64,000 nt of DNA from Octopus bimaculoides (lineage: Eukaryota): the NCBI RefSeq assembly GCF_001194135.2, contig NC_068981.1:171294476-171358475 (forward strand), written 5' to 3'. Positions 12,398-23,520 of the stretch are shown here, piece by piece. The stretch's first letter is position 1. Every line of letters begins with the position of its first letter. The notes under the pieces were generated by a model. That model saw only the letters and a list, made by a program, of their open reading frames with translations, was not told the origin of the DNA and did no database searches. A program made the position numbers and the translations under genes.

Positions 12398-13884
12398 TGC
12401 ATATGTGTGTGTATATGTATGTATCTATGTATGTATGTATGTATGTATGTATGTATGCATGCATGTATGTATGCAAGTATGCATGCATATACTCATGTAT
12501 TTGTGTTCGTCAGTGCGTCTATCTCCTACCAAGTTTGTCAGCTTCCACCGGTTATGGGTGTTAACGTCAACTCTGGTGGATTTAGAACTTCCAGCCGAAA
12601 AGAGACGTTACCAAATTCCTCAAGCCACCTAGTTCAGCGCTGTCATTTCTGATTTTCACCGAACTTTCTATGAATTATAAATGGTTTCTGAGCGTGTCAA
12701 CTTTGGTTTCTGTCTCCTTTAATTGTCTCTTCGTAATTTCATTCTTTTTTATATAAGTTATTTTAATTGCCTATACTTTGTACTTTAATTGCTCTGCCAA
12801 TTGTATTTTGTTTATGATTTTTAGTTAAACGCTAATTGTTTTTGATATTAATTCAAAAAAGCAATGAAACAGTATTTTCAAAAAATTATGGCTAGCAAAA
12901 CATGATTGCATGATAAAGTCTACCTGAGCGCGTTTGTTTGTGCATATATCTGTATGTGTATTTATTTGTGTCTTTCTTTGATTTTTAAAACTTTTCTCTT
13001 AATTATATTTGGAACCAGCTTAATTTATCTTTCGTATATGATGATAATATTTCTTGAATAAAATACGTGATATTGGAAACTTACATAACATTTAAAGTTG
13101 CACATGACGTAACAAAATTGCTTTGATTGCATTACGACATGACCACCACAAGCGAAACGGCAAGTTTATGGGAAATAACTTCTCAAACTTTCAATAAGCT
13201 GTGTAAGCTGTAAGGTTAGAGGTCACAATTATGATAGTGATAGTTGAAAAACACGTCATTCCTTCTCTTTTTTTTTTTTTTTTTTTTTCCAAGGTGGATT
13301 GAAATAATGCAGAAGGGTAAATAGTTGAAACAAGATCTGAGTTTGAGACCATTGTTGATGTTTCGCTTCAACATAGCCCTAACTGGGATACTGAGATCTA
13401 ATCGAATGCACTGTAGTATGATTATCAAGTACTTGTTTTGTTTTTTTTTCTATACCAACGATTATCCTACGTAATAAAACCTCCCTATTGCGAGCAAGTA
13501 GAACAAACATTCAAATGTTCTTTTCGCTGGTTTGAAGTACATAGTCTTCGAGTTGTTACATTCAGATTGTGCACGGTGTGCTTGGGGAACCTGCAAGTTA
13601 TTATGAAGATGTGCTCTGCTTTTGACAAGCAGTAACGATTTTTATTATTTTCACAAGGACATAGGTTATGATAGTAAGCAGAACAATTTGTTTGTACTTC
13701 GTGGATGTTTAAAGTACTAATCACAGAAGGCATGATTTGAACTTACAAGATAGGAAGACAAAAGACGCGTCACCCTATCAAGAGAGACTTACCACCATTT
13801 AGACAAGTAATAGTCAAAATACAGTTCGAAAGAAGCGGGAAACCGCAGGAAATTTAGCAACATATATATATATATATATATATA

Positions 13885-14505
13885 TAGGGAGAATTCGCTT
13901 AAGTCGTCAAATATGAAATTTGTATAAAAGAAAAAAAGTTTGCGAATGTTTTGTAAATACAAGGGATAGTTTTATTCGTAAAAGTATGCACCCATATTGT
14001 CAATAAACCTTTGCCATTTCAGCGGTAGCTTGTCCAGCACGGAACTGTAAAATTCTAGCAATCTAGAGTCAATAAGATCTTGGAAGGCCTGTTTTAAAGC
14101 ATCGTCAGAATTAAATTATTTTCCTATCAAAGGGTTATCCAAATTCTGGAACATGTGGTAGTCAGTGGAGGCAAGATCAGGTATGGTGGATGATGGAGAA
14201 CTTCTAACTCCTGTAGTTTTGCCAATGTCACTTTTGTGATGTGTGGCCTGGCGTTGTCTTGCAATAAAATAAGAGTGGATCTGTTGACTAATCTAGGCTG
14301 TTTTTTGCAAGTTTCTGCATCATTTGGTCCTGTTGCCTGCAGTATACTTCGGCCGCCGTTGATGAACCCGGTTTAAGGACATCATTATAGATCACACCTG
14401 CGCCAGACCACCAAACACACACCATCAGCTTCTTTTGATGAGTTTTGCTTTTTGGACTGTGTTTTGGTGGCTCATCATTGTTCAACCATTGTGCTGAACG
14501 TTTGA
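13885..14505 (-). mobile_element. Mariner transposase 3' half (SETMAR/Hsmar-like), 5' truncated
   Basis: KKLMVCVWWSGAGVIY, LLQDNARPH, LHHPPY, DYHMFQNLDN and DKLPLKWQRFIDNMGAYF; abuts (TA)n. Confidence 0.85.
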
Positions 14506-14699
14506 ATGTGTGTGTGTATACATACATATACATATGTTAATATTTATTTATATTTATATCTACATATAAGAAAATTATTGAACAGAGATCGAGATGTGAG
14601 ATGTTTATATTAGATAGATATAGGTAGCTAAGTAGGTAAGAAGGTGTACATATTAATATATATGCATGCTGTAATTCTTAGGCAGAATCAATAAGTTGT

Positions 14700-14890
14700 A
14701 GTGAGTGACATTTTTGCACTTTCTGAACTATGGATAGATTCCATACGAAGGACTTCTATAGAGTTTCCACCGACCCAATTTTAATTAAGAGGTGTGAATT
14801 CTTTCGAGACTATGTAAAATATCGTCTCTCCAAGATTGAACCCGGTACCGAATGTTTTGCGCGAACGAGCTTTTTCACTAATCGGCTATA
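14700..14890 (-). mobile_element. Possible tRNA-derived SINE
   Basis: Minus strand has A-box-like TAGCCGATTAGTG and B-box-like GGGTTCAATCT; no second copy in the window. Confidence 0.35.
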
Positions 14891-14902
14891 CTGTGTCTTG
14901 TA

Positions 14903-14968
<66 letters not shown>

Positions 14969-17150
14969 TTCTGAGATAGCACTTTAGTTCGATTAAAATT
15001 GAGTGGCAACCATGAAGAGACCATCAAAAATTGTCAGGTTTATAATGTGTGAAACCCCGCCCATATATGTGTGTGTGTGTGCGCGTGCGCGCGCTTGTGT
15101 GTGTGTTATCTATATATGGATGTGTATACGTATGTATATATTTATGGAGACTCTACACATTCGCGCATACTTTTTGATGGCTTCTTCATGGTAGACACAC
15201 ATCAGTAACCTAATTAAAGCAACATCTCAACAATTAGACTTCTTTTTGTGTCACCAAATATTTCCACACTAAACATCTGATCTTCTACATGATACAGGTA
15301 TATACATAAATCAGCGCATGACTCACATAGTTGACATGATGCCTTGCAAAATGACTTTTAAATCGGATCCAAAAATTGGTCACTAACACAATTCAGGTCA
15401 CAAATAAGTTGAGACTCTTCTGTTTCACCAGCAGAGGAAGACGTCCATTACCTATGATCTGTTTTGAACGGCATCCGCATTGGCGGAAGTAAGGGAAAGA
15501 AATTAAGACTGCAAATCTGGTCCAAATCCTTGTTAACCAAGTGTATAATAGTAATACAGACGAAGTTGCAACGCGAATCAAATGTAAATCGTTAAAAAAG
15601 CCAACATCGCTTATTGAAATGAGTCGGGAGTTATTCCTTATACTGATACCCAATTAAACACTTCACAAATTGCAGGCAAGCAATCGACCATTTGAAGTGA
15701 AAAGAAACGGAAAATTATTCTCACTTCCTCACCTGTCACCTAGGCTGATAGCAGTTTTTCGAGTTTTCAGTTTTAATAAACACATTTTAATCATACCCAA
15801 CCTTAAGGCGTTGCACCGAGATGCAAATGACTGAAATTCTTCGAGCTGAAATAAATAAATTTATATCAGATTGCTAAAAACGAAAAAAACATACAATATT
15901 GATTTTGGTTCATATTTATGTTATTTCTCTTAATATTTTATCATATTATTTTAAACGAGATTCGATCAAATATTGACCATTTTAGAATACATTTAACCTA
16001 ATATTTTTGGTTTCTTTCAGATTTCATTTACAGATGTTGTTGATACTTAATTAACTTCGTCGATTTGATTTTTGTCTCATGCAGTGCAAATGGCAAACCG
16101 ACAGCCATATTGTCATTAGGTTCCTGGAGCGAATATTCCTATAACATGACGCCATCAACGAAATATTATTAAATGGGAAAATAATCACTTTAGTTAGCTG
16201 CAGATGTTGACACAAAACTGTTCTTAAAATTAAGGTTTCCTGACTTGCTAATCAAATTGCCTATACATATAAACATGCCTCAATAAGCATTATTTGCTTG
16301 ACAGCGAATGATTGGTATCTAGCGAGAACAGCTAAACCCTAATGTCGTTTATTGAACGTAATATTAAGTCATTTCTGACATGTACATAGTTTCATGTCGC
16401 AGTGATCAAATATTATTGTGCTTGGCAGAAGATGGACTTCAGAAAACACCAAGTCAATTATCATAATTGATATCAAATATTTGGATAGATATCCATGATG
16501 CTCTTGCCAAAAAGATGGAACATTCGTCTAATATTGATTGGAATACACATAACACTAATAGAACTACATCTGATACATTCTAAACTATCAGGTTGTTATA
16601 CATTTGAAACAAAATATTTGATATGATATTAACCAAATTATAACGAAAGAAAGCAAATAAAGTACTACTCTACACATATAATAACACATGCCGTTAATAT
16701 TTGAATGTATCTGTAACAAATTGTGGACGGTTCTTTTTCTCTGGCAATTCGTTTCCTCCTGTAACTGATTTTATTGTTCGTATCAACAGTAAATCGTTCT
16801 AATTGTGACATTAAATAAAGATAAGGTACGCGCTTAATAATTTCTTTCAAACAATTCTTTAAAAAACTGTTTCTTTCCATATAACAAAGAGAACCATTCT
16901 TTAGGATTGTACTTAGTAATAAATGATAGGAATTTGAACCTTCTATATTCAACAGTTTCTGAGATATTAATATGGGTAAGCAAGCAATAAATAAATTCAA
17001 TCGCGTGAGTAACACCACAGTACCTGACATCGAAAATGTTAGGTGGAATCGAACCAACAAAAACCAGTATTAAGATAATCAAAAATATTGGTTGAATTTT
17101 TCCATTTAATTCCCGTTTAGTAGCCAGTAAATTAATATTCAACAGTAAAT

Positions 17151-17385
17151 GATGGCGGCCAGCCGGCAGAAATGTTAGCACGCTCGGCGAACTGCCTAAC
17201 CGTATTTCGTCTGCCGTTACATTCTGACTTCAAATTCCGCTGAGGTCGACTTAATCTTTCATCCCTTCGGGGTCAATAAATTAAGTATCAGTTACTCACT
17301 GGAGTTGATCTAATCGACTTAATCCCTTTGTCTGTCCTTGTTTGTTTCCTCTATGTTTAGCCCCCTGTGGGCAATAAAGAAATAA
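17151..17385 (+). mobile_element. tRNA-derived SINE, family B, tail type 1
   Basis: A box (CCGGCAGAAATGTTAG), B box (ACTTCAAATTCC), conserved centre CTTTCATCCCTTCGGGGTCAATAAATTAAGTA, tail CCTCTATGTTTAGCCCCCTGTGGGCAATAAAGAAATA; many copies in the window. Confidence 0.85.
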
Positions 17386-17619
17386 ATATTTAACAGTAAA
17401 TATTTGCCCATAATTTTCTAACAGTGCCATAATTTTCTAACAGTGCCATAATTTTTTTCCGGTTATCTAAAGAGAAAGAATACGAAAGAATACGAAATGG
17501 AAATCGAAACTAGTTTGACGCTCTGTATAATTAAAATCTCTCGCAATATTTCCAGTTTTATTACTCGTAACACCACACGCAACCCAAAATATTTTTGGTA
17601 ATAATAATTGTAAATGATA

Positions 17620-17760
17620 GCACGAGGCCAGCAATTTCATGGGAGAGAATAAGTCGATTACACTGATCCTAGTCTTCCACTGGAACTTATTTTATAAATC
17701 CCGACCTTGGCGGCATTTGAACTCAGAACACAAAATTCTCACTAATAATATTAGTAGTAT
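17620..17760 (-). mobile_element. Diverged partial family B SINE
   Basis: ATAAGTCGATTACA and GGCGGCATTTGAACTCAGAAC match the family B reverse complement. Confidence 0.65.
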
Positions 17761-19013
17761 TAGTATGTCCAACTATTCGCAATACGCTTCATACTTTAAA
17801 CTTTCAATTCAAGAAGAGGAATATTTGCGTTAGCATGTTCATGCAGGTTACTAAAGTGTTAGCACAACAAAATAGAGTCTGACAAGAATCCCTTGTTGTT
17901 GCTGCTGCTCCTGTATTTGTTTAAAACAAGTCAGTTCTTATTAAGGATGCCAGTGATGAAAACCGTTCTACTCGCTACCATTCCGTATTTTTGTGTATCA
18001 ACGATTACATTATCTAGCGTGCATTTGTTTTAAGACGGCAGTGTGCAGTTTGAGGAAAATTTGGTTCTATTTCTACTAGATCCGGCTACTATCCAGAAAC
18101 TCTCTTAAGACTTTCTACCAGAGGGAGCAACTGAGTAGGAGCTGTCTTTAACAGGTTATTCCTCTGTAGCGCTTGCCTAACTTGCTGAAAACTGATTTGT
18201 TACACAGAAACATGTTCCAACATTTAAAGTAAAATGAAAATGAGATTATTGCATAGAATTCATGCTTTCCTCGTGATTATTAGTGGAGTGAGTTGCTTTC
18301 AAAGAGAGATCAAAGCCGAATCTCAAACAGACCGGTTGAGAGGTTATCTTTCCTCTAAGATGTTTGGTTTTTTCTTTCCAAATAATAATTTCTCAAATTG
18401 GCACAATGTCAGAAATTTCTTGAGCAATATTTTGATTGATAGAATCAAGTGTAGTACACTCCCTTACTAAGTTTATGGAACTCTGCACGTCTGAAAACCA
18501 AACTTCATTGTGGTAGTATTTGACTTCAGGAATTATAGTGACAATATGTATTACTTTAAAATATATATGTTCAACTGTTTCTGCCTCTCCCTGCCTTACT
18601 TGTCTTCTCCATAAATGTTGTTTGATATGGGAATAAGATAAAAGATTTTGAAAATTGTGCAATTGCTTGAATCGACTAATATATGAAACTATCAGTTGGA
18701 ATAATCAAATTTCAAATCTAGCTGGTAAAATTTGAACTCGGAACGTTAAAGGACTTAAGTTAATACAATGAATTTTATTCAGCAAGTAACCTCTTCTAAT
18801 ATTGTTAATGTTTTATAGAAATTCTGGGAATTTTAAAACATGCCAACCAATATATGGAATTTGGGTATATCTGATTTAATCAAAAAGCAAACACATGCCC
18901 TAAAGAGATGAGTGGATATGAAGTTTGATACAAATTCAACCAAGAATTGTGGGATGTATACATACGATGTGAAATTCCACTGATTTTATTTATCAACTGC
19001 TCCCATGCCAATA

Positions 19014-19397
19014 CGTGGAGGCGCAATGGCCCAGTGGTTAGGGCAGAGGATTCGCGGTCATAGGATCGCGGTTCTGATTCCCAGACCGGGCGTTGTGAGT
19101 GTTTATTGAGCGAAAACACCTAAAGCTCAACGAGGCTCCGGCAGGGGATGGTGGCGAACCCTGCTGTACTCTTTCACCACAACTTTCTCTTACTTCCTGT
19201 TTCTGTTGTGCCTGTAATCCAAAGGGTCAGCCTTGTCACATTGTGTCACGCTGAATATCCCCGAGAACGACGTTAAGGGTACAAGTGTCTGTGGAATGCT
19301 CAACCACTTGCACGTTAATTTCGCGAGCAGGCTGTTCCGTTGGTCGGATCAACTGGAACCCTCGACGTTGGAAGCGACGGAGTGCCAACAACAACAA
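19014..19397 (+). mobile_element. Full-length tRNA-derived SINE, family C, ending in (CAA)n
   Basis: A box TGGCCCAGTGGTT, B box GGTTCTGATTCCC, GC-rich body and CAACAACAAC tail. Confidence 0.85.
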
Positions 19398-19734
19398 CCC
19401 ATGCCAATATTTGACAAGAGCCATAAAGTAACATGGAGCAAATACCATATCTGTTTACATTCATCTCTGTTACATTTCGTTTTGCTAAATCCATTGTCTC
19501 TTCAACTACACCTAACAGGAATATATCCTTCTCCATTTTTTTCTCTACAAACATCAATCTGAAGACGGAAGACCAATCTAAGCATCAATCAAATTGAGAC
19601 TATCACTCTAGAGAATTATCAAAGCATCATGGACAGAGGAAATGACCGTCTCAGTAAAAGTTACACGGACAGAAATGTACATACCAGTCTGAAACTGAAT
19701 TGAGACTGTAAAAAAAATGTTACAAAATATTGGT

Positions 19735-19937
19735 TTCAAATTTTTGGTACACGGCCAGCAATTTAGGGGGACGGGATAAGTCGATTACATCGACCCAAGC
19801 GCTCAACTGGTACTTATTCTATCGACCCTGAAAGGCAAAATCGACCTCGGTGACATTCGAACTCATGATGTAAAAACGAACGCATTGTCGCTAAGTATTT
19901 TGTCAGGAAAGCTAACAATTCTGCCCGCTCGCCACCT
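19735..19937 (-). mobile_element. Family B SINE, tail type 2
   Basis: GATAAGTCGATTACATCGACCC...AAAATCGACCTCGG...GCTAACAATTCTGCCCGCTCGCC; an older copy follows at about 20030-20220. Confidence 0.8.
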
Positions 19938-21574
19938 TCATATTATCAAATATTCATCGCCATTTTGTCTGATTCTCAACCATTTATACTATCGTATTCT
20001 GACTAAATATTTGTTTCTAACATAGGTACGAGGCTGATAATTTCATGACTAGGCTAGCTGATTGCAATAACCCCAGTATTTCATCGGTTCCCAATCTTTT
20101 TGGCTTGAGAATGATAAAAGTCAAAGTTGTCATCGACAGGAATTAATTTCAAGACATAAAATCCTGCAAGACATACCACAAGTTATTTTGTCCGGTGCTT
20201 TCCAAATTGCCACCTTGCTCTCTCTAAATAACAAGAATAAAATACTTTCTTGTCACTTACACCCTAGGAATTCCCACCTACCCCGATTCTCCTCAAATTT
20301 AGTTCCACTCTTATTGTCGATTTTCTAATTATCAGTGATCTAACCATGAAAATTACTCAACCTGTCTTATCATCATAACTATGTTGAAGCGAAAATTAAA
20401 TTATGTTTTTTAAAAGATGTGTAATTCATTGTGATTTTAATATTGGTTAACTACAAAGATAAATAATTTACTAAAGATTCACCAACTTTACAAAACAAAT
20501 CAACATGAAGTATAAAAACCAAACAAAGAATATGAGAAATAATGTTAAACAAACTTTACAAATATTATGAAAATTCTTGGCAACTATCTTATTTATGCTG
20601 TTTTAACTTTTACCATTATCTCAATTTCTCTTCTGAAAAATAAAAACATTTAAAATTTAATGGAAATTAAAGTAAAACAATTGTTCATGTACTGTGAATC
20701 TAATTGACGTTGTATGATACTGTTATTATAAGTAACTATACATTTAAGTACGATAATATTGATTTCTTCTTTCAGCGCAAACGCTCAGACTACCTGTGAT
20801 GGAATGATATACTTCACTGCGCCGACAAAATTCGTAGAAAATATTTATTTTTTTGGACGTTATGAGTAAAAACGGAGGGTTGGAATTCAAAACGTAAATG
20901 GAATGTAAAGAACTCAAAACTTGACAAGGACAAAGAAGAAATATAAGGCCTTAGTCTACCTATCTTTACAATTGTGTTGTTATTCAATGCAGGTAAGGTG
21001 TAGCTGGTCATTGTTTACTGAACATCAGGGCGAATCGGTTGCTATAATCTAGAGTTTTACGCACACTAATAGAGTTTTACGCACACTTTGTATAAGTGAC
21101 ACAAATTAAGCTAAGGGAAGTAACTCAAAGAAGATTGATTGATTGGATAATTAAGTTACAGGGTGACGTTCTGATCCCCATACACAATATATCATTAATT
21201 AATTATTTTTTTTTACTTCCTGAGGAAAGAAAACAAAATTATAACAGAAATTCAGAGAAACACTAAACACAAGATCAAACTTGCCCTTACCTCTAATCCT
21301 GTAAAACAAATTGTGAGAGATTAATAATTAATAACTTGAAATTATCTCTCCTTTTCATTGAGAGTTTCACACAGTTGCCGCTGGGTGCTTTATTTCCATT
21401 CTCCAGATAAGAGAAAAAATTTAATTAATTCACTAATCTTTTTGTAGGCATGGCACTAAGTATACCACATGATAATTTGATTAACCAAATTCATGTGATT
21501 TGTCCATTTGAGTTATTACTTCAGGTGATTTTATCTTTTATAATTAGAAAGTATATTTTGGCGTTGATGGTAGG

Positions 21575-21720
21575 TGGCCTCGTAGTTAAGTTATTGCCAT
21601 TGCGATCGTTAAGTAGCGAACTCAGTTCTGGATCTGGGTGACATATTGTGTCCTTAAAGGAGATAATTCATCTCAAGTTGTTCCAGTTTGCTCGGTAGAA
21701 AATTGTTCCTAGAGGCATCC
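21575..21720 (+). mobile_element. Diverged tRNA-head SINE with CORE-like centre
   Basis: A-box-like TGGCCTCGTAGTTAAG; TTGTGTCCTTAAAGGAGATAATTCATCTCAAGTTGTTCCAGTT resembles the centre of the 33770-34114 family. Confidence 0.45.
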
Positions 21721-22284
21721 GTGACAGAACGTTTTGTATTCCAAGAATAAAATTACTAGAAAACCCGTGCGAGATCCAGTCCCCTGACTCTCTTGTAACG
21801 AAGCAGACTTTATATTTAAGAGACATAAATATTTTATTGACATCGATACAAAAGAAAAGCAAATGCAGCCTCTACAGAATTCGTTCTTGAAATGTAAAGA
21901 GACATATCTGTATCCTTCAAATTCATTTTCCAGTTAGTTGTTTTGTGACAGCAACGTCTACACTGAGACTGGTGTCGAGCTGTACCGTCACAGATAGGTA
22001 GACATTCCACTGAAAGACTACTAGTCATCCCCAGAAAGAGATAAAGAATAGTAAATCTTGATAATTGTTTCTATGACTGACACAAGGTCTGACATTTTGT
22101 CGATTACATGAAACGCAATGCTCGACAAGTACTTATTTTATCGACAACAAAAGAACGAACGAAAAAGTTTACCTCAGCGAAATTTGTACTCTGTAAGTAA
22201 TTATGGACGAAATACTGTTAAACATTTTGTCTGCTGTACAAAAGCTTCTGTAAACACACTGCCTCGATATTAATAACATTAGTG

Positions 22285-22484
22285 ATTCCTTCTACTGTAG
22301 GCACAAGGCCTGAAATTTGAGGAGAAGAGACTAGACGATTATATCGACCCCAGTACTTGACCATCAACCTCGAAAGATGAAAGACAAAGTCGACTTCGGC
22401 AAATTTCAACCTAGAACATAAGATGGACGAAAATCCGCTAACTATTTTTCCCGACACGCTAAAGATTCCGCCATCTTACTGCCT
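22285..22484 (-). mobile_element. Family B SINE, tail type 2
   Basis: GGCACAAGGCCTGAAATTT tail and AAAGTCGACTTCGGC; a fragment also lies at about 22080-22200. Confidence 0.75.
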
Positions 22485-22486
22485 AG

Positions 22487-22574
<88 letters not shown>
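22487..22574. repeat. (AAT)n microsatellite
   Basis: Pure AAT run of about 29 units. Confidence 0.98.
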
Positions 22575-22949
22575 GTGCAGGTTTATCGCCAACCTTGATT
22601 TACATGGTGAAAACAAAGCTAACACTTGCAAGTATCCATAAAGGCATTACGTCTGGAGTCTCGCTGTTGCACATGGCTTTAGTCAGATATCAGATTTGGG
22701 TTTGTAATTTGAAGATGTTTTAGTCATGAAGTTGGAGATAAATGTGTTCAACATCTTGCAGCATCTGTTCGTGAAATTTATTTTACCTTTTTTTATGGAA
22801 GAATAGTGTGCTTTTGAGACAACGATACTGCAAATAGTGACTGACACTAAAGTAAAGCTGTCAACGTGTTAACGGAATGACCCTGCTGCGGCATCAGTTA
22901 TCTATCTCCATCTTTAGATGGATTTGTTACGTAAGAAGGTAATTGGGAA

Positions 22950-23073
22950 TAACGAAAGCGACAATGATGAAGGTGAAAGTGATAAGGATTATATCCATGA
23001 TGGTGATAAAGAAATCAATATTAATGGCAACGACGTTAATGATCAGAAGTCTTGGGGATCGTGATGATGACGA

Positions 23074-23141
<68 letters not shown>

Positions 23142-23282
23142 CTGATGATGATGATGGTGACAATGATGACAATCAGGAGGAAAGTAGGTTGTGGATGAAG
23201 AGAGAAAGGAAACGAAATTGCGAGGGGAATCGGAAACCGCGTTTGGAGAGATGATGACAGAAGTGAAAGATTGGTACACAGA

Positions 23283-23340
<58 letters not shown>

Positions 23341-23520
23341 GTGATGATGATGCTGAGGATGATGACGACAACGACGACGACGACAACGATGATGATGATG
23401 ATGGGTGGGGTTGATGATCAAGGTCATGCTCATGAATATCAACACGAGCATCATGGCGACAAGCTTTATGTTGACGAAGATGAATTTGATCCCGTTAAGA
23501 ATAACAGTATGAATTACGAG
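22950..23520. repeat. Compound and decayed (GAT)n/(GAC)n trinucleotide field
   Basis: Pure cores at about 23060-23170 and 23285-23402, with GAT-like decayed flanks. Confidence 0.9.

Larger units (their letters stand above)
11170..12500. repeat. Interrupted (TATG)n/(CATA)n microsatellite field
   Basis: TATG blocks at about 11170-11280, 11386-11500, 12190-12290 and 12400-12500. Confidence 0.9.

Noticed and set aside
13267-13430. Poly(A)-tailed minus-strand segment as a processed pseudogene or small-RNA retrocopy
   Set aside because: No TSD, no recognisable coding or snRNA similarity, and only a single A-run.
15397-15488. Exon-like segment (CTAAC branch, CAG|, |GTAAGG)
   Set aside because: There is no polypyrimidine tract, the single open frame gives an unrecognisable peptide, and joining it to 20776 hits a stop after 31 codons.
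16640-16800. Faint GPCR TM7-like string (CNKLW...SSCN*FYC)
   Set aside because: There are stops in all frames and no recognisable upstream helices; it is not distinguishable from chance.
17407-17455. Short direct repeats (19-bp x2.5 here; similar at about 21054-21088 and 59958-59992) considered as CRISPR-like
   Set aside because: They are head-to-tail slippage duplications without spacers, in eukaryotic DNA with no cas genes.
19014-19090. Possible tRNA genes at SINE heads
   Set aside because: A and B boxes are present, but there is no closed cloverleaf and each continues into a SINE body.
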